Shown here in pieces: positions 25,461 to 35,257 of a DNA stretch of 64,000 nt. Made by a program: the position numbers and the translations under genes. The notes beneath the pieces are model-generated. The model worked only from the letters and a program-made list of their open reading frames with translations. It searched no databases and was not told the origin of the DNA. Origin of the DNA: Pyrodictiaceae archaeon (GTDB lineage: Archaea; Thermoproteota; Thermoprotei_A; Sulfolobales; Pyrodictiaceae); the NCBI GenBank assembly GCA_027036135.1, contig JALVSY010000016.1, positions 1-64,000 on the forward strand, in the 5' to 3' direction. How positions within the stretch are numbered: position 1 is the first letter of the stretch; every line of letters starts with the position of its first letter.

Positions 25461-25769
25461 ATGGTGCAGCGCGCAGAGATAAGGCTATGGAGCACAAACG
25501 TTGATAACCTAAACATGGTTGTAGACCAGATAAAGAAGATAGCTCAGAAAGCAGGCGTTAGGATGAGAGGTCCAATTCCGCTTCCTACAAAGCGCCTTAT
25601 AGTACCGACGCTTAGGCTACCCCATGGCGAAGGATCTAAAAAGTGGGATAAGTGGGAGCTAAGAATACATAAAAGGCTAGTTATAGTAGATGCTGATGAA
25701 AGAGTTATGAGGCAAATAATGAGAGTTCGTGTACCCGAGGACGTCTACATAGAAATAAGGCTTAGGTAA
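25461..25769 (+). CDS. rps10: 30S ribosomal protein S10 (uS10)
   Basis: [15 protein letters not shown]. Confidence 0.97.
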   Translation: MVQRAEIRLWSTNVDNLNMVVDQIKKIAQKAGVRMRGPIPLPTKRLIVPTLRLPHGEGSKKWDKWELRIHKRLVIVDADERVMRQIMRVRVPEDVYIEIRLR

Positions 25770-25903
25770 CTAAGTAAGTGCTATAGATGCGGAAGAGCAA
25801 TGAATAGAATAGTACCATGTTTTGGTCCTTTCATATGAGTGAGTCTTATTTACAACCTATCCATCGCTCCACTATTAGATGGGGGTAGTGGCTTTTCCTG
25901 GGC

Positions 25904-25990
25904 GCCGGGGTGCCCGAGCGGTCTAAGGGGCCGGCCTTGAGAGCCGGTGGCCACACGGCCGCGCGGGTTCAAATCCCGCCCCCGGCGCCA
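25904..25990 (+). tRNA. tRNA-Ser(TGA)
   Basis: GCCGGGG/CCCCGGC acceptor, anticodon arm CCGGC-CTTGAGA-GCCGG, long variable arm, G-CCA end. Confidence 0.96.
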
Positions 25991-26084
25991 CAATAATTCC
26001 TCTACATTGTTAACTTGCTTCTCTCACTTAGCATTGCTAAGCCGAATACTATTTTCTCGTCTAAGGCCTCTACTAGGAAACTAG

Positions 26085-26924
26085 GTGGTAGAGTTATTGT
26101 TTGAGCATGCCCTTGTAGGTGTTGATTTATCGAAAGTAAGTGATAGCCTTATCAAGTGGCTTGTAAGCCTTAAGAGTATTGAGACTAAGAGGCTTAGCCT
26201 TGTTTATGTGATTCCGCTTGAGCTTGTAGAGCATGTAGCTGGGTTCGCTGTTGATAAGTTATTATCGGAGCTAAGGAGGGAAGCATTAGAGAAGCTAGAG
26301 GAGTATTCGCGATTTCTTGAGTCAGAGGGCTTTCTAGTAGATTTCAAGGTTCTCGGACCAGCTGTTCCTGCTAAGAAGCTTGCGGAAGAGGCAGAGAAGC
26401 TTAGTGTTGACTATATTGTTGTTGCATCTAGGGGGCATGGATGGCTTAGGGAGCTATTAATGGGTAGTACTGTTGAAGAACTTCTCCGTATAACAACTAG
26501 GTCTGTTCTGGTCTCCAAGCCTTATAAGCGCAGGAAAGGAGAGAAGGTTGAGCTAACGGTGCCGCCAAACCCCTTCTCAGGTTTACCAGTTCTCGCGGCC
26601 GTGGAGTTCGATGAGTATCTTGACTCTGTTCTTTCATGTGGCGTAGAGCTTGCCAAGCGAAGCAAGGGAGAGCTAGTAATGGTTCATATAGTAGAGGATG
26701 GCGAGGACTTCTCTTATGCGAAGGAACGATTAGCTAGGCTGGCCCGCTCCATCAGCGGTGATGTTTCTGTGCGGTATGAGGTTCTTAGTGGGCGTCCCTA
26801 TAAGGTTATTGTTGAGCTTGTAGATAAGATGAAGGTGGGATTGGTCGTTATCGGTGGTAAGCCGGGTAGTGTATTAGAGTATGTTGCTAAGCGATCACCT
26901 GTACACATTTTTGCCTGTAAATAA
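26085..26924 (+). CDS. tandem-domain universal stress protein (UspA family)
   Basis: LVGVDLS, IVVASRG..GSTVEELLR; degenerate second domain. Confidence 0.9.
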   Translation: MVELLFEHALVGVDLSKVSDSLIKWLVSLKSIETKRLSLVYVIPLELVEHVAGFAVDKLLSELRREALEKLEEYSRFLESEGFLVDFKVLGPAVPAKKLAEEAEKLSVDYIVVASRGHGWLRELLMGSTVEELLRITTRSVLVSKPYKRRKGEKVELTVPPNPFSGLPVLAAVEFDEYLDSVLSCGVELAKRSKGELVMVHIVEDGEDFSYAKERLARLARSISGDVSVRYEVLSGRPYKVIVELVDKMKVGLVVIGGKPGSVLEYVAKRSPVHIFACK

Positions 26925-27018
26925 GTCTCTATATTCTGTTCCATAATATTGCACAAAACTTTATTGACCCCTATTCTAGTACTACTGTAAGCGGAGATTA
27001 GGAGAGAGGTGATAGTGC

Positions 27019-27270
27019 ATGGTATGGGGATGGAGAGGTAAGGGTTGGGGATGGAGAGGAGGATGGAGTGGACCCTGGCCAGGAAATGGTCCATTTAGCT
27101 ACCTACCGCCATGGCTGAGACCAGGATGGCTATTTGGAGGACGAGGCGCTTGCTGGCGGCTCTACGGTATGCCTGGCTGGATTTACTGGGGCCTATATCG
27201 GTACCCAGTACCCTATTATCCGTATTGGCCTCGCTATCCTTACTACCCGGTATACCCGCCATATTGGTGA
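27019..27270 (+). CDS. W/G/Y/P-rich small protein, DUF5320-like
   Basis: PWPGNGPFSYLPPWLRPGW..GRGACW; SD GAGGTGA. Confidence 0.7.
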   Translation: MVWGWRGKGWGWRGGWSGPWPGNGPFSYLPPWLRPGWLFGGRGACWRLYGMPGWIYWGLYRYPVPYYPYWPRYPYYPVYPPYW

Positions 27271-27289
27271 TCTGCTAAGTGGTGAAACA

Positions 27290-27550
27290 ATGTACTACGT
27301 TCCATGGTGGCCTAGAAGGCTAAGATGGCCGCCTATACTCTATATACCAGTATACTATCCCTATCCACCACTTTTACCACCATATTATCCGCCATACTAT
27401 CCGCCGAGCCCAGAGGATGAGCTACAATTCCTAGAACAGTATAAGAGATATCTAGAGGACGAACTCAAAAGCATAAAAGAGGAACTAGAAGAAGTTGAGG
27501 CAAGAATAGAGGAGCTCAAAAGAATGCTAAGTAAGCGATCCCCTCCCTAG
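27290..27550 (+). CDS. Y/P-rich protein with C-terminal coiled coil, DUF5320-like
   Basis: (PPYY)n repeats followed by SPEDELQFLE...ELEEVEARIEEL. Confidence 0.7.
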   Translation: MYYVPWWPRRLRWPPILYIPVYYPYPPLLPPYYPPYYPPSPEDELQFLEQYKRYLEDELKSIKEELEEVEARIEELKRMLSKRSPP

Positions 27551-27661
27551 CTCATCAACCAGTTTTTCGACGAGCGACTCATTACTTCATGCTTTAGGTT
27601 TGCAAGAAAAGTGGTAAAGCTTGTCTAGAGATCCTTGTCTGTTCTTGTAAGGCTGAGTATC

Positions 27662-27985
27662 TTGCCTCGTCGTCGCCGCATGCGGCAGAGACGTGGATGC
27701 TGGATAGCCGAGAAACCACCATGGCTTCCTCCTATGAGTGGTAGAGAGACCGTGTTCGTTCCTGTGAGCAATGACTCTAGTACTGCCTCGGAGAAAGAAC
27801 CTGTTATATTATACCCGGAGGAGGTTGAGGCCTATCGCCTAGTATATCTTGAGGGGAGAACACAGGAAGAGGCTGCTAAGTTAATGGGTGTGTCAAGGGG
27901 TGCTTTGTGGCGTCTGCTCTACAGTGCACGGCGAAAGATAGGATTGGCTATCGTTCAGCGAAGGCCTCTTATTGTCTTCTCCTAG
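27662..27985 (+). CDS. DUF134 HTH DNA-binding protein
   Basis: EEVEAYRLVYLEGRTQEEAAKLMGVSRG..SARRKI. Confidence 0.85.
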   Translation: MPRRRRMRQRRGCWIAEKPPWLPPMSGRETVFVPVSNDSSTASEKEPVILYPEEVEAYRLVYLEGRTQEEAAKLMGVSRGALWRLLYSARRKIGLAIVQRRPLIVFS

Positions 27986-28060
27986 GCTAGCTGCGTTACC
28001 TAATAAAGCGTGTTATTCCGCTGAATATACCTACACGGGATAGTGTGGGGTAGTGATGCC

Positions 28061-28333
28061 ATGCCGCGCATACGAGTAAAACTTGTATCGCTGCTACGGG
28101 AGGCAGTAGGTGGCGCGAGCGAGCTAATCCTTGAGATCGATGAGGGTGCAAAGCTGAGTGATGTATTGAGGCACTTGTTCGAGAAGTATCCTCGCCTGGG
28201 AAAACTAGTTGAAGATTTATCGAGAAGAGGACTTGATGTATTATTTGTCTTGAATGGGAAGGAAACTAGTCTCAGCGCAGAGATAAAAGATGGCGATGAA
28301 CTAGTAATATTACCGCCAGCTTCTGGAGGCTAA
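28061..28333 (+). CDS. MoaD/ThiS/SAMP ubiquitin-like protein
   Basis: beta-grasp pattern, C-terminal PPASGG. Confidence 0.92.
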   Translation: MPRIRVKLVSLLREAVGGASELILEIDEGAKLSDVLRHLFEKYPRLGKLVEDLSRRGLDVLFVLNGKETSLSAEIKDGDELVILPPASGG

Positions 28334-28959
28334 CGCTCATAAACACCGTAAAGAATGCCATAGGTTACAACATGTCCTGCTATGGCCTTGAAAAGCTCTT
28401 TGGGTTTCATGGCTGGCGGGAGCTGTATTTTCGCGTCAAGTCCTAGTACTAGGAATATGTAGCGATGTTTACTCCCACGTGGTGGACAGGGTGGCCCATA
28501 CCCTATTCTGCCATAGCTATTTACTCCCTGGGCTCCAAGGCCCTTGATTATCGGTACAGGCGGTAGCGCCTCGGGTATCACTACCCTTGCTGAGGCTGGT
28601 ATATTGTAGAGAAGCCAGTGATAAAATACGCCTCCAGGGGCATCTGGGTCATACATTACTAGCACTAGTTCCCGTACACTAGGAGGTATACTACTTATTA
28701 CTAGGGGCGGCGAGGTACCTGCTCCATCGCATGTGTAGCGAACAGGTATTAATGATCCATTCTTTATTGCTGGCGAGCCTATGTTTATCAACTTGGGTTT
28801 GTTTTCCACGATGGCTGGCAAAGGCAATGGGGCAGCCCTATGTCTACGCGTGTTAAAATAAATAAGGCTCGTAGCTATAATAGCTAAAACAAGGAGTAGT
28901 GCAAGGTACAAGATAATACGTTCATGCTTCACTTTATCCCCGAGAATAACTGGGGGCAT
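28330..28959 (-). CDS. YbhB/YbcL (PEBP) family protein with N-terminal membrane anchor
   Basis: YTCDG, DPDAP, HW, YGPPCPP, HRY. Confidence 0.92.
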   Translation of the reverse strand: MPPVILGDKVKHERIILYLALLLVLAIIATSLIYFNTRRHRAAPLPLPAIVENKPKLINIGSPAIKNGSLIPVRYTCDGAGTSPPLVISSIPPSVRELVLVMYDPDAPGGVFYHWLLYNIPASARVVIPEALPPVPIIKGLGAQGVNSYGRIGYGPPCPPRGSKHRYIFLVLGLDAKIQLPPAMKPKELFKAIAGHVVTYGILYGVYER

Positions 28960-29002
28960 AGAGGAAGATAAGGATTAGTATCGTCATAGCCGGGTGCTAT
29001 GT

Positions 29003-30319
29003 ATGAGCATTAGGGGAAGAGTGTACATAGAGACATATGGGTGTGCTCTTAACTTTGCTGATACAGCCCTTATGAAGACCACGTTGGCAAGACATGGCTA
29101 CGAGGTAGTTAATGAGCTTGAAAAAGCCGATGTGGTTATCATTAATACTTGTACTGTTCGCCTAGATACAGAGGAAAAGATGGCCAAGAGAATACGCATG
29201 CTCAGCGATTATGCGGAGAAGCATGGTAAGAGATTAATAGTTGCGGGGTGCATGGCAACAGCGCAGCCATATAAAGTTAAGAAGCTAGCTCCACATGCAG
29301 TACTAGTATCGACATACAATGCTCACCGCGTAGTCGAGGCCATAGCGAAAGGCATCGACTTATTAGAGGAGCCAAGTACTCCGAAGACTCTCTTTACGCC
29401 AGACCCGAGGGCCATGCAGAGAGGACGTATAGCAGAGATACCGCTCGCCGACGGCTGTCTAGGTGACTGTTCTTTCTGTATAACGAAGCTTGCTAGACGC
29501 CGTGTATACAGTAGACCGATAGACCAGGTAGTCAAGCTTATAAGGCAACTGGTGAGGAGAGGCGTTGTAGAGATTAGGCTCACTGGTCAAGACGTGGCAG
29601 TTTATGGGATTGATATCGCTGGGCGAAGATTATTACCAGAGCTAATGCACAAGATAGCTGAGCTACCTGGCAACTTCATGGTAAGAATAGGCATGATGAG
29701 CCCTGACCAAGTTGAGCCTATTCTTGACGATTTCATAGAGGCTCTTCGACACCCCCGGTTCTTCAAGTTCGTCCATCTGCCGGTACAAAGCGGCGACGAT
29801 AATGTACTAAGGATAATGAAGCGGAGATATAGCGTGGATGAATACAAATCCATAGTGAGAGAGATTAGAGCAAAGATACCCGGGGTCATGATAGCCACTG
29901 ATATAATAGTTGGGCATCCAGGCGAGGACGAAGAAGCATTCATGAACACCGTGAGACTCGTAGAGGAGCTTAGGTTTGAGCGCGTACACCTAGCTCAGTA
30001 TACCCCTAGACCCCGGACAGTAGCAGCAGGTCTCCCACAAGTACCGGATCCCGTGAAGAAACGGCGCTCAAGGCTACTCGGCGAAATAATTATGCGTATC
30101 GGGCTAGAGGAGCACAAACGCTACATAGGGTCCCGTGCCAGGGTACTAATCGTCTCACGTGGTGAAAGAGGAGGACTCGATGCGAAGCTATTTAATTATA
30201 TGCCAGTAATTCTTCCCGAGCACAGCGCTAGACCTGGTGAATGGTGCGATGCCGAAATAATAGATGCCACGTGGTATGATTTACGGGGCAGAGCCCTTGA
30301 CTGCGACGAGCAAAGCTAA
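29003..30319 (+). CDS. MiaB-like radical SAM tRNA methylthiotransferase (MtaB/e-MtaB type)
   Basis: TYGCALN, NTCTV, GCM, CLGDCSFC, C-terminal TRAM-like domain. Confidence 0.9.
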   Translation: MSIRGRVYIETYGCALNFADTALMKTTLARHGYEVVNELEKADVVIINTCTVRLDTEEKMAKRIRMLSDYAEKHGKRLIVAGCMATAQPYKVKKLAPHAVLVSTYNAHRVVEAIAKGIDLLEEPSTPKTLFTPDPRAMQRGRIAEIPLADGCLGDCSFCITKLARRRVYSRPIDQVVKLIRQLVRRGVVEIRLTGQDVAVYGIDIAGRRLLPELMHKIAELPGNFMVRIGMMSPDQVEPILDDFIEALRHPRFFKFVHLPVQSGDDNVLRIMKRRYSVDEYKSIVREIRAKIPGVMIATDIIVGHPGEDEEAFMNTVRLVEELRFERVHLAQYTPRPRTVAAGLPQVPDPVKKRRSRLLGEIIMRIGLEEHKRYIGSRARVLIVSRGERGGLDAKLFNYMPVILPEHSARPGEWCDAEIIDATWYDLRGRALDCDEQS

Positions 30320-31049
30320 ACAAGTAGCTGCCCAGGAGGCAGCCACACTAATAGCTGAGCGCTTGCCAAGGCTAAGTCGCCTCGGCGTTGGAACCGGGTC
30401 AACAGTTAAGCTTGTCCTTGAGTACTTGCTCTCTGATGAGGAGCGTAAGCAACTATTAATGGAAAAGGATATCTATGTTTCGAGCCTCGACACATTCTTC
30501 ACCCTACGTCGTCTCGGCCTTAAACCGAGCCTTTATCCACCAAGGAATGGCCTAGACCTATACTTTGACGGAGCCGATGAAGTAGCAATTAGTGAGAAAG
30601 GAGACTGCGGTATCATAAAGGGAAGAGGCGCTGCCCTTACAAGAGAGAAAATACTGGCCTACAATAGCCGAGAGGTTATCATAGTTATTGATGAATCCAA
30701 GCTAGCACACAAGCTGGGAGAACACAATAAGCCTTTACCAATAGAGGTTGTTCCTATCGCAGCTGATGCTGTACTAGCCTTTCTAGAGTCAAGAGGAGTA
30801 AAAGCAGTTCTTAGGGATGAGTGTAAGTGCAGAGATGGCCCAGCAATAAGCGATAACTACGGCTTAATAATAGACTCGTGGCCCTGGGGCATATATTCTC
30901 TCAAGGATTTCATAGAGGAGCTTGAGAAAGTACCTGGGGTAATTGAGCACGGTTTTTTTGGCGGCTTCGTCGACCAAGTAGTAGTTGGCTATAGTGATGA
31001 GGCGAGGATACTCAGATGCAGAAGAACGAGGAGGAACCCCGCCCTATAA
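30297..31049 (+). CDS. rpiA: ribose-5-phosphate isomerase A
   Basis: GVGTGST, DGADEV, KGRGAALTREK. Confidence 0.95.
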   Translation: MTATSKAKQVAAQEAATLIAERLPRLSRLGVGTGSTVKLVLEYLLSDEERKQLLMEKDIYVSSLDTFFTLRRLGLKPSLYPPRNGLDLYFDGADEVAISEKGDCGIIKGRGAALTREKILAYNSREVIIVIDESKLAHKLGEHNKPLPIEVVPIAADAVLAFLESRGVKAVLRDECKCRDGPAISDNYGLIIDSWPWGIYSLKDFIEELEKVPGVIEHGFFGGFVDQVVVGYSDEARILRCRRTRRNPAL

Positions 31050-31453
31050 GGAGTACTCCGCTAGCAGCACTAAGAGAGAACATATTGAGAATAAGCGAGG
31101 TGCCACCATCCTCCGCTAAAAGCGCTGTAAGAGAGCTCAAGGTTGTCCGGATTTCCCAGGCCCCCCTCGAGCTATGGGTAGTAATGGGCAGAGAAAGTGA
31201 CTATCTAGTAATACGAGGAACTTATTGCAGCTGTCCTCACTTCGTCATACGCGTAGTAAACGGTGAGACGACAATGCCTTGCTACCACCTAGTAGCGGTG
31301 GAAATGGCTATAAGGCAGGGAAGATTCCACGATCTCTCCCTGAGCCTTAGCAAGGACGAGCTCCAGGACATAGTTCTCGAGGTACTAGCTGGATCGCGGT
31401 CTACAACTCTTCGTAGAAAGCTCTACATGCTAGGTAGGAGAGAAGAGGGATAA
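31016..31453 (+). CDS. SWIM zinc-finger protein
   Basis: YCSCPHF...PCYHLVA. Confidence 0.8.
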   Translation: MQKNEEEPRPIRSTPLAALRENILRISEVPPSSAKSAVRELKVVRISQAPLELWVVMGRESDYLVIRGTYCSCPHFVIRVVNGETTMPCYHLVAVEMAIRQGRFHDLSLSLSKDELQDIVLEVLAGSRSTTLRRKLYMLGRREEG

Positions 31454-31550
31454 ATAGACCCAGTAACAACTAAGCATCTCACGGCCCAAGAGATGCGTAG
31501 CTAGTAGGTCGCCTAGCCTAACCCCCTAGCAATAACCGGGTTGGAATACC

Positions 31551-32453
31551 TTGAGTAAGCCCGTCGAGATAGAAGAGAAAGAGATACTTGACAAGATGAC
31601 GCAGCTCCGTGAGGAAATAAAGAGGCTTAAAGAACAACGCTATGCCCTAATAGATGATGCTCGTAGACTGCGGCAACAGAGAAGAATGTTGATAGAGAGG
31701 GCTAGGCAGCTCCGTGACGAAATAAAGAGGCTCCGTGAGGAAAGAAAGAAGCTTGTTGAGCAGGTGAGAAGCCTCAGGCAGCAGCGTCGCGAGATACTCG
31801 AGAAACTTAGAAGCGTTGTAAACGAGATAGAGGAGCAGAAACGAGTTGCGGCCGAGTATAGGCCCCTGGCTAGAAAGAGCATTAATGCTATCCGTAGAAG
31901 AATAGAGGAGCTCGAATGGCGTCAACAAACTAGCGTCCTCACGCCGGAGGAAGAGAAAGAGATAATAGATGAAATAGTTCGTCTCGAAGCCCTTCTCCAG
32001 AAAGCGATGGAGGCTAGGAAGTACCTGCAAGAACTCACAGAGAAACGCGCCGAGCTTTATGGTCTGAGGCTCCAGATTAGGAGCATAGGCCAGGAGATAA
32101 GGAGTGTTAGTGAGAAGATAAGCAAGCTTGATGAGAGAATTGGTGCACTACGTTCTCAGCTAGACGAAATTAGCCCACAAATAGATAACATAACTAAGCA
32201 ACTTGAAGACTTATCAGCAAAGATAGAGGCGTTGCGAGAGGAGATAAATAGAAAGGTGCAGGAACTCAGAGAGCTTAGCGAGAGGCTCAAGGAGCTCCGG
32301 CTCGGCCAGGAGAAGGAGAAAGCCCTTCAAATCTATGAGGAGAAGAAGCGTAGGATAGAGGAGAAACTAAAGAAGGGCGAGCCATTAACTCTTGAGGAAC
32401 TGCGGCTGCTCTACGCTACGAGCCCTGATGAACTCGAGGAAGAATCAGAATGA
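31551..32453 (+). CDS. archaeal long coiled-coil protein (COG1340-like)
   Basis: heptad repeats, LEWRQQTSVLTPEEE, KLKKGEPLTLEEL. Confidence 0.8.
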   Translation: MSKPVEIEEKEILDKMTQLREEIKRLKEQRYALIDDARRLRQQRRMLIERARQLRDEIKRLREERKKLVEQVRSLRQQRREILEKLRSVVNEIEEQKRVAAEYRPLARKSINAIRRRIEELEWRQQTSVLTPEEEKEIIDEIVRLEALLQKAMEARKYLQELTEKRAELYGLRLQIRSIGQEIRSVSEKISKLDERIGALRSQLDEISPQIDNITKQLEDLSAKIEALREEINRKVQELRELSERLKELRLGQEKEKALQIYEEKKRRIEEKLKKGEPLTLEELRLLYATSPDELEEESE

Positions 32454-33550
32454 CTAAGAGAGTCCTGGTAGTAGCTATAGATATAGACAATGACCTTGGC
32501 CGTGCAGGGATAAAGACACCCATAGTTGGTAGAGCCATGGTTCTAGAGGCGGCTACTCGTTTTGCTCTCTACGACCCTGAAGACTCTGATGCCAACGCTC
32601 TTTTTGCAGCGGTAAAGATAGCTGATGAAATGAGGCTAAAGGGCTACGATGCAGAGCCAGCAGTAATTGCTGGTAGCGAGCTTGGCGGTGTTGACGCAGT
32701 AATAGAGGCTCGTAATCAGCTTGAAAAACTAGTAGCAGAGTACAACCCAGACGGAGTAGTCGTCGTCACTGATGGCTCAGAGGACGAGTCACTTCTCCCA
32801 GCTATATCCTCTATAGTACCCATAATCGCTGTTAGGCGAATAGTAGTAAAGCAGCATAGGGGTGTTGAGGAAACCTATATGCTCCTCATAAGATACATAC
32901 AGAAGGCGCTAACGGAGCCTCGCTTCTCCCGCCTATTTCTCGGCGTACCCGGCATAGTACTCGTGGTGTTCTCCTCCCTAGCCCTCCTAGGCATGCTTCG
33001 CCAAGCAATTCTTGTCGGCCTCTTAATCGCGGGCCTGGCTATGATGGTTAGGGGCTTTGATATGGAAGAAAGAATAATACAGGCATTAACAGAGACACCA
33101 GTAACAATAGTGGCCTACTCTACAGCGGGTGTTACAGCACTAATAGCAATAGTGCTCATCGTGTCACAGCTGCATTCTCATACAACGTTGACTCCTCAGC
33201 TACTAGCAAGCCTTGTCCGCAACGTTACAAGCCTCATAGGCTTCTCCGCGAGCATAGCTATACTTGGTCACGCAGCTTCCAAGTTTGTTTCTGGCAAGCT
33301 CAAGCTCTATCGCGAAATAGTCGCCTTGACCCTCGTTATCGTGGCGGTAGTCCTACTGGATACGGTTGCCTCCGCTCTCCAGCAAATGGAGACCATGTCT
33401 ATATCAGAGTTCATGCAAGCCCTCGCGTCTAGCGGGTTCGGCCTCTACGCAATAGTATCAGTTGTTGTGGTAGCCGTGGTATGGAGAGGAGCCAAATCCC
33501 TCGAGAAGCTTATCGCCCAAACCTCCTCTCGCGCTTCTGATAAGAAATAA
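32450..33550 (+). CDS. DUF373 membrane protein
   Basis: DIDNDLG, DPEDSDAN, TDGSEDE, VKQHRGVE; C-terminal TM helices. Confidence 0.88.
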   Translation: MTKRVLVVAIDIDNDLGRAGIKTPIVGRAMVLEAATRFALYDPEDSDANALFAAVKIADEMRLKGYDAEPAVIAGSELGGVDAVIEARNQLEKLVAEYNPDGVVVVTDGSEDESLLPAISSIVPIIAVRRIVVKQHRGVEETYMLLIRYIQKALTEPRFSRLFLGVPGIVLVVFSSLALLGMLRQAILVGLLIAGLAMMVRGFDMEERIIQALTETPVTIVAYSTAGVTALIAIVLIVSQLHSHTTLTPQLLASLVRNVTSLIGFSASIAILGHAASKFVSGKLKLYREIVALTLVIVAVVLLDTVASALQQMETMSISEFMQALASSGFGLYAIVSVVVVAVVWRGAKSLEKLIAQTSSRASDKK

Positions 33551-34250
33551 TCGCGCGGTACAGCTCCGCCTCGTCGAAGTCTGGCCAAAGCTTCCTAGTG
33601 AAGTACAGCTCTGTGTATGCTACGTGGTATAGGAGGAACCCGCTGAGGCGTAGCTCTCCCCCGGTTCGTATCAAGAGGTCTGGCTCCGGGAGCCAGCCGA
33701 GGGGCATGAGCTTCCTGAACCCGTTCTCATCAATACCGTTCATCGCTCGTGTAGTGAGCAGCTTGTTAATAGTATCTATTATCTCCCATCTCCCACCGTA
33801 GCACGTCGCCACTGCTAGTATGTGGGGAGAGTTACTAGCAGTAACCTCGTTGATGTAGTTAATCCTATCAACGAGCCAGTCTGGTAGCAGCGAGAAATCC
33901 CCGACGAAGTATACACGTACACGCCCCTCCCTTACCCTCTTATCAGCGAGCAAGTCGTCAACAGCGTGCGACAACAGTTTATGAATAGCGGCTAGCTCGT
34001 CCCGGGGCCTCCTAGTACAATTCTCCCGGGAAAGCGCATAGAAAGTAACATAGTCAACCCCGAGATCCCAGAGATAATCAAGAGTCCTCCTAGCAACCTC
34101 ATAGCCCCTAAAATGCCCCATGTACACAGGTAACCCGTGCCGACGAGCCCAGCGCCTATTACCATCAGGTATAATAGCGACGTGAACCGGCAGCCTCCCC
34201 AGGTCTATTCTTCGCCTAAGCAGCTTCGTAGTGAAAATTCCTAGCACCAT
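33510..34250 (-). CDS. uppS: cis-prenyltransferase (undecaprenyl/polyprenyl diphosphate synthase)
   Basis: IIPDGNRRWA, PDLLIRTGGE.RLSGF, RRFG. Confidence 0.95.
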   Translation of the reverse strand: MVLGIFTTKLLRRRIDLGRLPVHVAIIPDGNRRWARRHGLPVYMGHFRGYEVARRTLDYLWDLGVDYVTFYALSRENCTRRPRDELAAIHKLLSHAVDDLLADKRVREGRVRVYFVGDFSLLPDWLVDRINYINEVTASNSPHILAVATCYGGRWEIIDTINKLLTTRAMNGIDENGFRKLMPLGWLPEPDLLIRTGGELRLSGFLLYHVAYTELYFTRKLWPDFDEAELYRAIISYQKRERRFGR

Positions 34251-34409
34251 GGCTTCACCAAGTACTTCTCAGCAGCCTCCCCCCTGCAGCTCCTCGGTAG
34301 GTACTCTGTATAGCATTCTGGTAAATGTCTTATCTAGATGATATCCAGTGGCTATAGGCAAGTTTGGTTATGAACTCGCCTATTCACCTAAATTAAAAAT
34401 AGTGCTATC

Positions 34410-34856
34410 CTAGAGTGGTGGAACTGGTTGTTCAGCACCACATGCCTCGCATACCAGTACCCATGTTTTTCCTCTCTTCTCAAGCCTTGTATCCGGTGCT
34501 CCACATGTTGGACATATCACGTAGGTCTTTACGAATCTCTGTAACAGGTTATTGAGAGTAGCAGTTGATACCTTCACGTTAATGGTAAGCATGCCGTTTT
34601 CCTCGTCGTAGTTACCACTCGCGCCTAGCTCGCGTAGTAGATACCTCATTACTATTCTGGGATCGCGTCGCATAACATCTGCTATCTGCTTGAAGTTCCT
34701 TATGATAGTCTTGTTGCCAACACGCTCCACTATAAGCCTCGGTAGCTCAAATCGTGACGCCTTAGCTCCCCGTGCCGGTAAGCGCTCATAAAGACGCCTA
34801 AGCAAATAATCATAATCGTATAGGAGCTTTACCGCGTCGTCATGCTTAGCGCTCAT
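34410..34856 (-). CDS. eif2b: translation initiation factor aIF-2 beta
   Basis: YVICPTCGAPDT..CEACGA zinc ribbon. Confidence 0.95.
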   Translation of the reverse strand: MSAKHDDAVKLLYDYDYLLRRLYERLPARGAKASRFELPRLIVERVGNKTIIRNFKQIADVMRRDPRIVMRYLLRELGASGNYDEENGMLTINVKVSTATLNNLLQRFVKTYVICPTCGAPDTRLEKRGKTWVLVCEACGAEQPVPPL

Positions 34857-34930
34857 CTTTTGTCTCCCTCTTAGCTCTTCAAGACGCTTAAAGATTAATA
34901 TTTATAGATGGCTCACTCGCGCTCAGACTT

Positions 34931-35257
34931 ATGGCAGGAAGCATGTCCGAGGAACCAATGGTGTATATGAAGATCTATGAGACACAAGGAGAGAAGCTAA
35001 TAGCTATATGTGATAGTGACCTCTTAGGGAAAGTGTTCAGGAGTGGAAAGCTAGTACTCCATGTTGATAGGAACTTTTACGAGGGCATTCTGGTACCATT
35101 AAGTGTTGCTATGGAGCGGGCGGAGGAGGCAACAATACTGAACCTTGTAGGAGAGAATACTATAAATGCAGCTATTAGGAAGGGGCTAGTACACCCCGAT
35201 GCCGTGATAAGAGTTGAGGGAGTTCCTCATGCGCAGTCTGTAAGGATTCTTTACTAG
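34931..35257 (+). CDS. DUF424 family protein
   Basis: AICDSDLLGK, FYEG, NLVG, VPHAQ. Confidence 0.88.
   Translation: MAGSMSEEPMVYMKIYETQGEKLIAICDSDLLGKVFRSGKLVLHVDRNFYEGILVPLSVAMERAEEATILNLVGENTINAAIRKGLVHPDAVIRVEGVPHAQSVRILY

Noticed and set aside
22122-25769. EF-2 missing from the str cluster and an extra gene between rps12 and rps7
   Set aside because: An established crenarchaeal arrangement, not novel.
27180-27410. Short tandem-like DNA repeats (CCGCCATA/TACTATCC)
   Set aside because: They encode the Tyr/Pro repeats and have no repeat-spacer periodicity. No CRISPR array was seen anywhere in the window.
31551-32453. Repeated DNA words (GCAGCTCCGTGA, AAATAAAGAGGCT) in the long ORF
   Set aside because: Explained by coiled-coil heptad coding; not a CRISPR array or mobile repeat.
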